This document shows, piece by piece, positions 49,453-59,002 of a stretch of 64,000 bases of DNA. The position numbers were made by a program, and so were the translations under genes. Numbering within the stretch: the first letter of the stretch is position 1; each line of letters starts with the position of its first letter. The notes beneath the pieces are model-generated. The model was not told where the DNA came from. It worked only from the letters and a program-made list of their open reading frames with translations, and searched no databases. The stretch comes from a virus: the IMG/VR virus record IMGVR_UViG_3300027833_002114, positions 4,543-68,542 of that record; one strand, written 5' to 3'.

Positions 49453-50346
49453 TTGAAAATAGTAATATCCATATTTTGTTTGCCTTACGAGATTGATGAA
49501 CTAGAGAATACTCTAACTCAACTTCGTAGGGCATCATATTACTTATCTGATACTAATGAGTGGGAACTTGATGTAACAATTGGGTTATCAGATACGTTAG
49601 TAAATTGGAGCAATTCTCGTATCCCAAAAGAATACTTTTCTGATAGGATTACAAGTCTTGCAAAATCAGTTGATTGGTGTAAAGGTAATTTCTATATATC
49701 AGGTGATGATATAAATGGGTGTGTATCTCAAAGAAGACATTCATTAAACACACATAATGATGCAGATTACTTCTTATGGTTGGATACTGATATTATATTT
49801 GATGAAAGAACTCTTTCTTATATAGAGAATACAATATCAGCAACAAAAGATATAACACCATATTCAATAATTACACCAGAAATTGTTAGAGTTTGGGATG
49901 ACACATGGGATTGTATTGTAAATGAACAATTCTTAGATAAACCACTCGAATATCAAAAAACAAATGACCCATATAAAGATAGTGGTGTAATCGGAGATAT
50001 TAGTATTGAATCCGTAAACAACTATAAATCACCACAATCACAATTTAAATTTGCAGGAGGTTGGATGACTTGTTTAAGTGGTGAACTTCTTCGTAAAATT
50101 GGTATACCCGATGGATTGGGACACTATGGATTAGAGGATACCTTTATAATGGTAGCATCTACTGTACTCCAACAAAAATACAATACTAACATCCAACAAT
50201 TTAAAATAAAAAACCTAGTAATTTGTGAAAATTACAAATATAGAGATAACTCATTTTATAAATCATTTTTATCTGTAAATGATATGAGAGAAACTTATCT
50301 TGCATTTGCAGAAGAGAATGCACAGATGGAATTACAAAAAATTTAG
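49453..50346 (+). CDS. GT-A (GT2-like) glycosyltransferase
   Basis: LWLDTDII, GGW, YGLEDTF. Confidence 0.7.
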   Translation: MKIVISIFCLPYEIDELENTLTQLRRASYYLSDTNEWELDVTIGLSDTLVNWSNSRIPKEYFSDRITSLAKSVDWCKGNFYISGDDINGCVSQRRHSLNTHNDADYFLWLDTDIIFDERTLSYIENTISATKDITPYSIITPEIVRVWDDTWDCIVNEQFLDKPLEYQKTNDPYKDSGVIGDISIESVNNYKSPQSQFKFAGGWMTCLSGELLRKIGIPDGLGHYGLEDTFIMVASTVLQQKYNTNIQQFKIKNLVICENYKYRDNSFYKSFLSVNDMRETYLAFAEENAQMELQKI

Positions 50347-50377
50347 TATAAAATACTTACTTTTTTACACCTACCCA

Positions 50378-50531
50378 TATATTTATTATCAGAAACGCAC
50401 AACAAGTGCACGTTATACACAAAAAAAGTTCTACTTAACAATCCCCTCAGAGGGCAGTTCTACAAATAAAAGTAGTTTTATCAATCGTTTTTTTAATTAG
50501 TTACAGTAATCTATTAATATAGGAGATTACT
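50378..50531 (+). promoter_or_regulatory. Candidate late-type promoter and long structured leader with an RBS-sequestering hairpin
   Basis: TATATTTATT (50378-87); AGTAATCT (50505-12) / AGATTACT (50524-31) overlapping AGGAG (50521-25). Confidence 0.5.
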
Positions 50532-51041
50532 TTGAAGTACGCTACATTAAATGTATTTAAAATATTCATTTTATGTATCTTTGTTTTATTACCGACAGGT
50601 TCTAATGAGATGCATAAAGATGACGATAACCTCATTAAAGTCGGTGAAGTAACCAACGAAATCCGAATGGGACAGTTTGCAGGTAACCGAAACCTAGCAG
50701 TTGGTGTCAAGAATATCCTCGAAGAATTATTAATGGATTTAGATTATGATTTATCAGACCAAGCTTCTGCGCAAATAAACGTAAAATTGGTCTTTTTTGA
50801 TATAAAAAATATTGGAACATCCGTTGCGGTGTTTCATAAAGATGTTTCACTAACTCAAATTATTGCGATTGGTGAATTAGAAGTCAATGGTAAGGTTAAA
50901 AAACGTACTACTCAAAGAGGAACGAGTAAAACGATTTCTACTAGTACCCTTGTAGTTGCACAAGACGGAACATTTAATCAACAAACAGCTAGCATAGCAC
51001 TGAAAAAGGTATGCGAACAAATTATTAAGGATTTATTATGA
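50532..51041 (+). CDS. Exported protein, distant CsgG/TolB-N-like fold
   Basis: Signal/TM segment; LAVGVKNILEELL and ALKK C-terminal helix parallel to 54079..54798. Confidence 0.45.
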   Translation: MKYATLNVFKIFILCIFVLLPTGSNEMHKDDDNLIKVGEVTNEIRMGQFAGNRNLAVGVKNILEELLMDLDYDLSDQASAQINVKLVFFDIKNIGTSVAVFHKDVSLTQIIAIGELEVNGKVKKRTTQRGTSKTISTSTLVVAQDGTFNQQTASIALKKVCEQIIKDLL

Positions 51042-52675
51042 AAAAAATTTTAGTATTATTAGTTAGTGTACTTTTTACACTAAGTTCATTTGGACAATCA
51101 TCTATTGATTATACTCCGGTGAATACAGTAACTCAAGTAGGGGACACTTTAATTATGAAGTTTCAATACTTTAAAGGAGATGGAGCTAATTTGACTTTAG
51201 GTCAATTAGATTTCGAGTATAACAATAAATTGTTATCGTATATCTCACATGAATCACAAGCACCAAGTGGTGCATCATTTGCTAGAAATGCTTGGACAGG
51301 ATACAAATATGTACCTAAAGCAAATTCCGATGAAGATGATATGGATGTACAATATATCTATTGGAGAGATGAAGCAGGTGGTAATTCATATTCAACTTCT
51401 GCTGATTGGAGTATTGAAAGAATTACTGTACAATCTGCATCAGCATTGGAAAATGGACAAGAATTTGTTAAGTACGAATTTAAGGTAAAAGATAAGTTCA
51501 ATAGTGGATATTCTAATTATAATGATATCATTAAAGTGAATTGGGCAAACTACCAAGAATCAGATGGTACACAAATTCAAACTACTCGTTCTAAAGATGG
51601 ACAAGATTTAAGTGGTATAGAGGGTGGTAATGCTGGTGCATTCGTAATTAACCTTAAAACTGCAAATTCAGCTAAAACAGATTACTCTTATACTATTAAG
51701 AATGGTGCAGGTGAATCAGTTGCAACTGGTAATTTTGATGAAAGTGGACAAGCATCAATAAGTGGTTTAGAAAACAACGTAACTTATACTGCAGAAGCAA
51801 ACTTATCTGAAAATGCAAGTTACTTAGACCAAGTGGTAACCGTATCTGATTTAGCATTAGTATTCGCTGAAGCAATCGGAGCAGGTTCTGGTCCAAGTGG
51901 TGGTTCAACTACATTTGATTATTACATTCAAGATGTGATGGGTGATGTTGTTGGTGATTTTGATGGTGTAAATTTCCAAGATTCATACGAAATACTTGCT
52001 TACTTACAAGGTGTAACAAGTGGTAATTCAAATTATATTACACAAGATGGACAAACACAAGATGCTAGTGGTATAGAATCTACATATGGTGCACTTGTAG
52101 ATAATGTAGTAACCTTCGCTAAATCATTCACACCAATTGATTCAGATGTTACTTCTAAAACAATTGATTTAGCTCATGGTTTAGTTGGTGATGTAAACTT
52201 CTCTCACTCATGGGAGCCAACTGTATCTAGTGGTGAAAAAGCAACATCAGCACAATCATCAGCTAGAATGAGTATGAGTGTAGGTTCTAAATTTAATAAT
52301 CCTGAAAATGCTAATATTGATTTGATATCTGAAATAAATTCAGAAGGACAAGTAGTATTCTCAATCAACTCAGATGTTGAGGGAATGGTTGGTTCTCAGT
52401 TTAACATCGTATATGACCCTAACGTAATTCAATTAGAGAATGTTATATTCGATACTGGTAATACAATGACTAACTTCTCAAACGTAATCCAAGATGGATA
52501 TGTTAGACTCGGTTCATTTGACCAAGAATTTGAATCAACAGTTAAACAAGGAACACCATACAAACTAATATTCACACCATTAGAAACAATAGATAATACA
52601 TCGGGATTGATATCATTTAGAGTTAAAGAAGGCGTAAAAGCTGATGGAACACAAATTAATTTTATAATACAATAA
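51038..52675 (+). CDS. Secreted cohesin-like / dockerin-like / cohesin-like protein
   Basis: Signal peptide; VGDTL...QLDFEYNNKLL; VTVSD and GDVVGDFDGVNFQDSYEILAYL; GDVNFSHS; GSQFNIVYDPNVIQL. Confidence 0.6.
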   Translation: MKKILVLLVSVLFTLSSFGQSSIDYTPVNTVTQVGDTLIMKFQYFKGDGANLTLGQLDFEYNNKLLSYISHESQAPSGASFARNAWTGYKYVPKANSDEDDMDVQYIYWRDEAGGNSYSTSADWSIERITVQSASALENGQEFVKYEFKVKDKFNSGYSNYNDIIKVNWANYQESDGTQIQTTRSKDGQDLSGIEGGNAGAFVINLKTANSAKTDYSYTIKNGAGESVATGNFDESGQASISGLENNVTYTAEANLSENASYLDQVVTVSDLALVFAEAIGAGSGPSGGSTTFDYYIQDVMGDVVGDFDGVNFQDSYEILAYLQGVTSGNSNYITQDGQTQDASGIESTYGALVDNVVTFAKSFTPIDSDVTSKTIDLAHGLVGDVNFSHSWEPTVSSGEKATSAQSSARMSMSVGSKFNNPENANIDLISEINSEGQVVFSINSDVEGMVGSQFNIVYDPNVIQLENVIFDTGNTMTNFSNVIQDGYVRLGSFDQEFESTVKQGTPYKLIFTPLETIDNTSGLISFRVKEGVKADGTQINFIIQ

Positions 52676-52693
52676 TAAAAAGGAAACAGAAAA

Positions 52694-53071
52694 ATGAAAA
52701 AAATATTAACATTACTTAGTTTAATTTTAGTGATGGGTTGTTACCAAGATGATGATTTAGTAACACTTTATCCAGACCAGGAAGTACCACAATCTTTACA
52801 GATTAAAGAATTGATTGGTATTAAATTAGAAAACACTATTGTAACTGATAGAGTTGCTATGAATGTAAAATTACCACTAGATGGTAAATACAGAATAAAG
52901 ATTAGACAAGGAATTACTAATGAATTAATTTCACAAGAAATGATAACTGCGGGTGAGGGTGATAACCTTCTTAAAGTATATGTTGCATCTTTAGAGAAAA
53001 GTGGATATATGATTCAATTAACTGATGAATTTCATAATGTGTTAGGTAATGAGTCTTTTGTAGTAAATTAA
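52694..53071 (+). CDS. Lipoprotein with a T9SS-CTD-like Ig domain
   Basis: Lipobox VMGC then YQDDD; GDN...VYVASLEKSGYMIQL. Confidence 0.6.
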   Translation: MKKILTLLSLILVMGCYQDDDLVTLYPDQEVPQSLQIKELIGIKLENTIVTDRVAMNVKLPLDGKYRIKIRQGITNELISQEMITAGEGDNLLKVYVASLEKSGYMIQLTDEFHNVLGNESFVVN

Positions 53072-53072
53072 A

Positions 53073-53207
53073 ATGATAACTAATATAATCTTAGTGTGTT
53101 TTGGTGTGTTCTGTATGTGGTTAATTAGAACAACTAATATTACTGAATGTAAACATACACAATGTGATTGTAGAGAGTGTAGACAAAAACGGAGAAATAA
53201 ATTATGA
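53073..53207 (+). CDS. Small Cys-rich membrane peptide (44 aa), absent from the ORF track
   Basis: MITNIILVCFGVFCMWLIR...ECKHTQCDCRECRQKRRNKL; ATGA overlap with the next gene. Confidence 0.55.
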   Translation: MITNIILVCFGVFCMWLIRTTNITECKHTQCDCRECRQKRRNKL

Positions 53208-53506
53208 GTGATAAAAAAGAAGGATTCTTCGCACAAATAAAGAATCAAGTAATAGCTGGGGTTGGTATAGTACTAACTACATTGGGTGGTGTTTTTATAG
53301 ATGAGGTAAAATCATTTGTAGGAATAGAAGATGATTCAGAACCACAAACTGAGGTTGTACAAGAAAACAACCAATCAGTAAATGTAGAAGGACCTACCAT
53401 AGTAGTAAACATACCAGAACAACAGGTAAAAGAAAAAGTAATTATCAAGGAAGTTAAAGTTCCTGTTGAGAAGAAAAAAGAAAAAGAACAAGAAATTGAT
53501 TGGTAA
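53204..53506 (+). CDS. Single-TM membrane protein
   Basis: VIAGVGIVLTTLGGVF helix followed by a V/E/K-rich tail. Confidence 0.7.
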   Translation: MSDKKEGFFAQIKNQVIAGVGIVLTTLGGVFIDEVKSFVGIEDDSEPQTEVVQENNQSVNVEGPTIVVNIPEQQVKEKVIIKEVKVPVEKKKEKEQEIDW

Positions 53507-53523
53507 AATAAAAAAGGAGAAAA

Positions 53524-53751
53524 ATGAGTAGTTTCAAAAAGTGGTGGAAATTGAATGGACAGGGTATCGGATTTATAGTCGGTATTGTGTTCTTAAATGC
53601 GTACTTTTTACTTTTAGGTGATTTAATGAACAAACACGAATGGTTAGCTGGTGTTTGGTTATTATGTTTCTTTGGATTTGCAGGATGGTATTCTTGGCAA
53701 ATGAAGATTCATGGGTGGAGATTACCTAAGAATATAAAAGATACCCACTAA
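53524..53751 (+). CDS. Two-TM membrane protein
   Basis: Two hydrophobic helices; AGGAG at 53515-53519. Confidence 0.7.
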   Translation: MSSFKKWWKLNGQGIGFIVGIVFLNAYFLLLGDLMNKHEWLAGVWLLCFFGFAGWYSWQMKIHGWRLPKNIKDTH

Positions 53752-53786
53752 TGTCTAACGTAATACATGGAGAACAATGATAAACA

Positions 53787-53975
53787 ATGTTAAAACAAAT
53801 TTTCACAGAAAAAATGTCAGACTATAAGATAGTTGATATTATACTGAAAATATGGGTTGCGGGTTTATTATCTATGGCGGTACTTGGTTTAATTGGTGTG
53901 ATTACTCACATCATTATGAACCCTTCAGCTATTGATAACGCAACATTTGGTGTATTTGATACACTAGGGAATTAA
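53787..53975 (+). CDS. Single-TM membrane protein
   Basis: IWVAGLLSMAVLGLIGVITHII. Confidence 0.6.
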   Translation: MLKQIFTEKMSDYKIVDIILKIWVAGLLSMAVLGLIGVITHIIMNPSAIDNATFGVFDTLGN

Positions 53976-53977
53976 AT

Positions 53978-54082
53978 ATGAAAAAAATTATAGAAATAAT
54001 AATCAAGATAGATGCTTGGTTAATGAAGATGGGATATGAAATGTATCCAAACTTAACTAAGCATCAGAAAGATAAAAAATGA
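53978..54082 (+). CDS. Small protein (34 aa), absent from the ORF track
   Basis: MKKIIEIIIKIDAWLMKMGYEMYPNLTKHQKDKK; ATGA overlap with the next gene. Confidence 0.55.
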   Translation: MKKIIEIIIKIDAWLMKMGYEMYPNLTKHQKDKK

Positions 54083-54798
54083 AGAATATATTTATTTTAA
54101 TTTTATGTGGGTTATTTGCACAAAATACTATTGGGCAAACTATTGGTAAAATAAAAGCAGAAACATATCAAGCTGAATTCGAAAAACGAAAATCAATTGA
54201 TGATGTATCTGATTACGATGGGGAATATATTCCTATTGCTTTACTTAATATATCAGCTAGTGATGGGGTTTATGAGATGTGGCCTGATTTAAAGGATGCT
54301 AGAGTAGGTTTAGGTGTAACAAATATGGTAATTGAGTACTTGGACTGGACAAACAGATTCGAGTTCGTAGAAGAGAAATCTGAAATTAAGAATAGAATGA
54401 AATCACAATGGGTTGCATCTCGTAAAGGTGTATCCGAAAACCAAGTTTATGGTATGGGTAAGATTAAACTTGCTGAATACTTTGTAACAATAGAGATATA
54501 TGATTTCTCAGTATCTGAGGATGAAACATTATCTTTAAAGGATGGTTCTAAACAAACTCAAACAACTCGTTTGGGATTACAAGTTCGTTTTACTAATGCA
54601 ACAAATGGTACTTACTTTGTAGGTTCAGGTCTCGGTGAGGCTAATACCGTTAAAACACAAGAAGGTTTGTTGGGTTTAGATTTGGAGGAAATAAACTTCA
54701 GACAATCAGCAATTGGAGTAACTACCAGAAAAGCATTAGAAACGGCTTCGGCAAGAATAGTAGCAAGAATGATTAGAAAAAAAATATTTGAAAACTAA
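54079..54798 (+). CDS. CsgG/HfaB-like exported protein
   Basis: Signal peptide; GLGVTNMVIEYL..TNRFEFVE, AEYFVTIEIYDF, LQVRFTNATNG, RKALETA. Confidence 0.7.
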   Translation: MKNIFILILCGLFAQNTIGQTIGKIKAETYQAEFEKRKSIDDVSDYDGEYIPIALLNISASDGVYEMWPDLKDARVGLGVTNMVIEYLDWTNRFEFVEEKSEIKNRMKSQWVASRKGVSENQVYGMGKIKLAEYFVTIEIYDFSVSEDETLSLKDGSKQTQTTRLGLQVRFTNATNGTYFVGSGLGEANTVKTQEGLLGLDLEEINFRQSAIGVTTRKALETASARIVARMIRKKIFEN

Positions 54799-54801
54799 TG
54801 A

Positions 54802-56394
54802 ATGAGAAAACTACTATCGATACTTGCATTTTGGTTCATAACTAATCTTAGTTATGGACAAACCTTCACACAGACATTTGTAGATAGATGTACTGGTGAA
54901 GTACAAGTTGTTACCGCTGATTTTACAAGTGGTTCAGCTATCGTTGCATTCTACAACGAAGCCAAATTATTCACATACGCACAATATACTAATGGTGAAC
55001 TCCAACAATGGTTAGTTCAGAAATATGCTTGGTGGGCAGCACTTTCACCTTGTTCATCTGCTAGTAACGCAACCAACAACGCCAACAATACTGCAAACAA
55101 CGCAACCAATAACACTAATAACACCAACTCAGGTTCGAGTGGTTCAAGTGGGTCTGATTCAAGTGGAAGTGGTTCTAGTGGAGGAGGAGATTCAGGAGGT
55201 GGTTCTGGAGATAGTGGTGGTGGAAGTGGAGACTCTGGTGGCGGTGGAGATTCTGGTGGAGATAGTGGTGGAGATAGTGGTGGCTCTGATTCCGATGGCG
55301 GAGGAGGAGACTCTGATGGTGGGGGTGGTGATTCCGATGGCGATGGCGGAGGAGATTCTGATGGAGATTCTGATTCCGATGGCGGAGGAGATTCGGATGG
55401 TGATTCCGATGGAGATGGTGATGGGGATTCTGATTCTGATGGAGATGGAGATGGTGGCGATGATGACTCTGATTCCGATGGTGATGATGAAGGTGGCGAT
55501 GATGAAGGTGGTGATGATGATAAAGAGGAAGAGGAAACTAAAGAGGAAGAAGAAAAAGAAGAAGAATCCGAGGAAGAAGAAAAAGAAGAGGAAGAAGAAA
55601 AGGATGAAGAAGATGAAGAGGAAGAAAAAGAAGAAGAAGAGGAAGATGAAGAGGAAGAAGAGGAAGAAGAAGAAAAAGATGAGGAAGAAGATGAGGAAGA
55701 GGAAGAAGAAAAGAAAAAGAAATTTATGCCAATAGTATTGAAGGCAGATATAATGTCAATGCAAGCTCTAACAAGAGATTACAATCAAGTACTTGCAATT
55801 GGAGCATCTCAAGCATCAATTTATGGTGATATATCAAATACAGCAAACTTACAAATATACGATAATCTAAAACAAGTTGGATTATCTTTGGGTAGAAGTA
55901 AAGTAAGTTTAAATGAAAATTATCAAGTAACTTGGGTAGATGCAGTAAATGTATCTTACATGAGAAACTACAAAATGAATTCAACAACATTATCTGTAAG
56001 TAGAATGAAACCAATGGGTAAATGGGGAACGGTTGGAGTGGGAATTAATTACTCATATATGTTTGGTAAAGATGCACTTGGAGAAACTCTACCAAAAATG
56101 GGTTCTTTAGGATACAATGTATTATACACAAATATGGTAAAAATAAACGATAGAATAATGTACACACCTGCATTAATAGGAGCACAGAACCCATACTCTT
56201 ATACACAAAAAACAGATAAGTTTGATGCATTTGGTACAGTAAGTAACGATTTTATAGGGATTCTTGCAAATTCCTTCACAATACAATTAACAAAAAGTTT
56301 TTCGTTCAATGCAGGGTGGACGATAATTTATAGTAGTAATGAGTTTGTACCAATAATGAATTCGTTTATGATAGGTGCTAAATTACCATTTTAA
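54802..56394 (+). CDS. Predicted outer-membrane beta-barrel protein with a long G/S/D/E low-complexity linker
   Basis: Signal peptide, small Cys-pair domain, about 215-aa linker, amphipathic strands ending IGAKLPF. Confidence 0.65.
   Translation: MRKLLSILAFWFITNLSYGQTFTQTFVDRCTGEVQVVTADFTSGSAIVAFYNEAKLFTYAQYTNGELQQWLVQKYAWWAALSPCSSASNATNNANNTANNATNNTNNTNSGSSGSSGSDSSGSGSSGGGDSGGGSGDSGGGSGDSGGGGDSGGDSGGDSGGSDSDGGGGDSDGGGGDSDGDGGGDSDGDSDSDGGGDSDGDSDGDGDGDSDSDGDGDGGDDDSDSDGDDEGGDDEGGDDDKEEEETKEEEEKEEESEEEEKEEEEEKDEEDEEEEKEEEEEDEEEEEEEEEKDEEEDEEEEEEKKKKFMPIVLKADIMSMQALTRDYNQVLAIGASQASIYGDISNTANLQIYDNLKQVGLSLGRSKVSLNENYQVTWVDAVNVSYMRNYKMNSTTLSVSRMKPMGKWGTVGVGINYSYMFGKDALGETLPKMGSLGYNVLYTNMVKINDRIMYTPALIGAQNPYSYTQKTDKFDAFGTVSNDFIGILANSFTIQLTKSFSFNAGWTIIYSSNEFVPIMNSFMIGAKLPF
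55065..55710 (+). repeat. Low-complexity coding repeats: NNA/T, GGS, GGDSD, poly-E
   Basis: Recurring units such as GATTCCGATGGCGGAGGAG and GAAGAGGAAGAA. Confidence 0.9.
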
Positions 56395-56403
56395 GGAGGA
56401 AAT

Positions 56404-56931
56404 ATGAAAAAAATAGATTGGAAATTAGGAGTAATAGGAGTATTGGTAGGATTATCAATATGGTTATCAGTAAATCCAAAAATACAGGAAGTAGAAAAAA
56501 TTACCGAAATAAAAGTACTTCAGAAAATCATAGATACATTTTACGTTGATAAAATTGTAGAAAAGAAAATATTTGTACCAAAGTATATCTATAAAACAAA
56601 AGTAAAATTAGATACTATAATAAAAGAAGTAATAGTAGATAGACCTGTTGAAAAAATAAAAACTATATATAAGGATAGAGAACGTATCCAATATGTAGAT
56701 GTTCCTAGACCTGAAGTAAATAAATGGTATGCTGGATTTGCGTATCAATATGATTTAGAAAACTACTTTAGTGGAGCAAATGTTCAAGTTCTACATAAAT
56801 TCAAAAATGATAAGATGTTCAGTTTGGATTTGGGATTCAGAAACGATAGATTAGATAAAGAAACTGGTGTAAGTAAATTAAGACCTTATGTTGGTGGTAC
56901 AATATATTTTAGATTGGATAACAAAAAGTAA
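56404..56931 (+). CDS. Membrane-anchored protein with a V/E/K-rich stalk and C-terminal beta-strands
   Basis: N-terminal TM helix; TAAGGAGG at 56392-56399. Confidence 0.7.
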   Translation: MKKIDWKLGVIGVLVGLSIWLSVNPKIQEVEKITEIKVLQKIIDTFYVDKIVEKKIFVPKYIYKTKVKLDTIIKEVIVDRPVEKIKTIYKDRERIQYVDVPRPEVNKWYAGFAYQYDLENYFSGANVQVLHKFKNDKMFSLDLGFRNDRLDKETGVSKLRPYVGGTIYFRLDNKK

Positions 56932-56941
56932 TTTTTAAGAT

Positions 56942-59002
56942 ATGAAAAACTGGTTATTTTTAATATTATTATTACCAACATTAGTGTTTGGTCAAAGTGG
57001 TGAAGGATATATAAATTATAAATCCTACAAAACTCACTATGGTACTGGTTCATCTTCAACTTTAAATAGTGTAACATATAATGGAGGTGCAAATTCAACT
57101 GCTGAGTTTGATGCAATGGTTGATACAAACCAACCAGGTACAACACTAACTCATACTGGAGAAGTATCACCATATGGTTCAACTGGATTAAGTGGAGGAC
57201 ACCCACCACGATATGGAAGTTCATATTTTGCAATAGTTTATTCAGGTTGGTTCAAGCCAAATAAAACAGGAACTTATAATATTAGAACTCTAGCAGATGA
57301 TTCATCAGAAACTCGATATAGAGAAGTGGGAACTACTACTTGGCAAACAATGACATTTCATTGGGGATGTTGTTCTAATCGATATGGAACTGCAACTTTA
57401 GATAATACTAAATGGTATGAGTTTGAATTTAGATACCAAGAATATGGTGGAGGGGATTATTACTACTTCTCATATTCAATACCATCAAATTCTTCATCTC
57501 CTATTTACAATCAACTAGGTGGTAACAATGGTTCTTCACATCTATTTGGAACTTGGACAAATATAGACCCAAGTGGTGGAACTACTACAACAGACCCTGA
57601 AGTTGATTTAGATTTAGAATTCCATTCTCAGTTGGCACCAGAGCAATATAGATTCGGTGTATATTATGATGCATCAAATGAACAAGATGGTTCAACATAT
57701 TTCAATACTTCTACTATGAATTCAAAATATTATTTAGATGATGATGGTAGTAAAGATATAACTGATTATCTAAATTTAGTTAAGATGGCAGATGGTAAGA
57801 AAGCAACTACAACTGGTGGTAATGTAGAATGGTGTGTGGTATATGATTATGATAACACAAATAAAAGATATAGAGTTGGTATAGATAAAAGAGAATTTCC
57901 AAGTGGTGTTAGTTCTTCTGATGTAAAACAACTTCAACTATTTGATGTATGGGATGGGGATGTAACTTTCAAATCTGATGATGGAACATGGGGAGAGTAT
58001 TACATTTATACCGATACTCAATTGGATTTTACAAACTCCACTTCTTCAGGATTTATCAGAGATGCGAATGGATTTTATGGAATGAAGGCAGAGTTCTCAT
58101 TTGAAGATGTTGAAATATACAAAGGACATAAAATATCTTTTATGAACCCATCTAATAATATAGAACAATGGACAGCGGAAGAATTTATGGATAATTACAT
58201 TACAGTTGCAGATGTAGTTGCGGGATTTAATGAATTAACTGGTGGTGGAATATTTGGTGGATATAAAGGAGATTTAAGTGGAGTTCAATTACAAAACTCA
58301 GATGTAAATCAAGATGGTGAATTTGATTTCCAAGATAGTCAAATAGGATTAGCTTTCTTAAATGGTGGTGATACTCCTTTCAATGGTTATCTGTCTGAAA
58401 TAATGAGAATAGTCCCTAAATCAGAATACGATAATACTACAACTACTAATTGGAAAACACAAACAAACAAATCACCATCAACATCATTTACGTTTAGTGT
58501 TATAGATACGATACAAACTTTAGAATATAAGGTTTCCTTTATAGGTGATGTAAACCTTTCACATTCTGCACCACAATCAACAAGTTCAAATAGTACACAA
58601 TCAACATCGGCGAGAAAATCATCTTCTCAAAAATCAAATGAGTTCGAAATATTATTAGATATCAGTAAGGAAGAAGATAAATTTGTGGTAACATTAGATG
58701 TACCACAAAACAATCATAACATTGTAGGTTCTGAATTTAGAATAGGATATGATAACACTAGAGTAGAGTTTGATAGAATAGAAACTACTTCTAACTTACA
58801 ATCATTCTCAGCTGAAAGAACAAACTACATAAAGTTAGGTTCTATATCTACCGATGGTTCTCAAAATCTAAATGGTGGTGTACAATATAAGATTTACTTT
58901 TCACCACAACAAACTTTTGAATCTACACTAGGATTACTATCAGTTTTAAAATCAGAATTAGTAAAACAAAATGGGGGTGGAATAGACCATAAAATAAAAT
59001 GA
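56942..59002 (+). CDS. Secreted PA14 / dockerin-like / cohesin-like protein
   Basis: Signal peptide; PA14 YSGWFKP.KTGTY...ADD and YQEYGGG; ITVAD and SDVNQDGEFDFQD; GDVNLSHS; GSEFRIGYD. Confidence 0.7.
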   Translation: MKNWLFLILLLPTLVFGQSGEGYINYKSYKTHYGTGSSSTLNSVTYNGGANSTAEFDAMVDTNQPGTTLTHTGEVSPYGSTGLSGGHPPRYGSSYFAIVYSGWFKPNKTGTYNIRTLADDSSETRYREVGTTTWQTMTFHWGCCSNRYGTATLDNTKWYEFEFRYQEYGGGDYYYFSYSIPSNSSSPIYNQLGGNNGSSHLFGTWTNIDPSGGTTTTDPEVDLDLEFHSQLAPEQYRFGVYYDASNEQDGSTYFNTSTMNSKYYLDDDGSKDITDYLNLVKMADGKKATTTGGNVEWCVVYDYDNTNKRYRVGIDKREFPSGVSSSDVKQLQLFDVWDGDVTFKSDDGTWGEYYIYTDTQLDFTNSTSSGFIRDANGFYGMKAEFSFEDVEIYKGHKISFMNPSNNIEQWTAEEFMDNYITVADVVAGFNELTGGGIFGGYKGDLSGVQLQNSDVNQDGEFDFQDSQIGLAFLNGGDTPFNGYLSEIMRIVPKSEYDNTTTTNWKTQTNKSPSTSFTFSVIDTIQTLEYKVSFIGDVNLSHSAPQSTSSNSTQSTSARKSSSQKSNEFEILLDISKEEDKFVVTLDVPQNNHNIVGSEFRIGYDNTRVEFDRIETTSNLQSFSAERTNYIKLGSISTDGSQNLNGGVQYKIYFSPQQTFESTLGLLSVLKSELVKQNGGGIDHKIK

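Noticed and set aside
55025-55735. 236-aa alternative-frame ORF with a poly-K/R tail
   Set aside because: Frame shadow of the GGD/poly-E repeats of 54802..56394, which lack stops in the +1 frame
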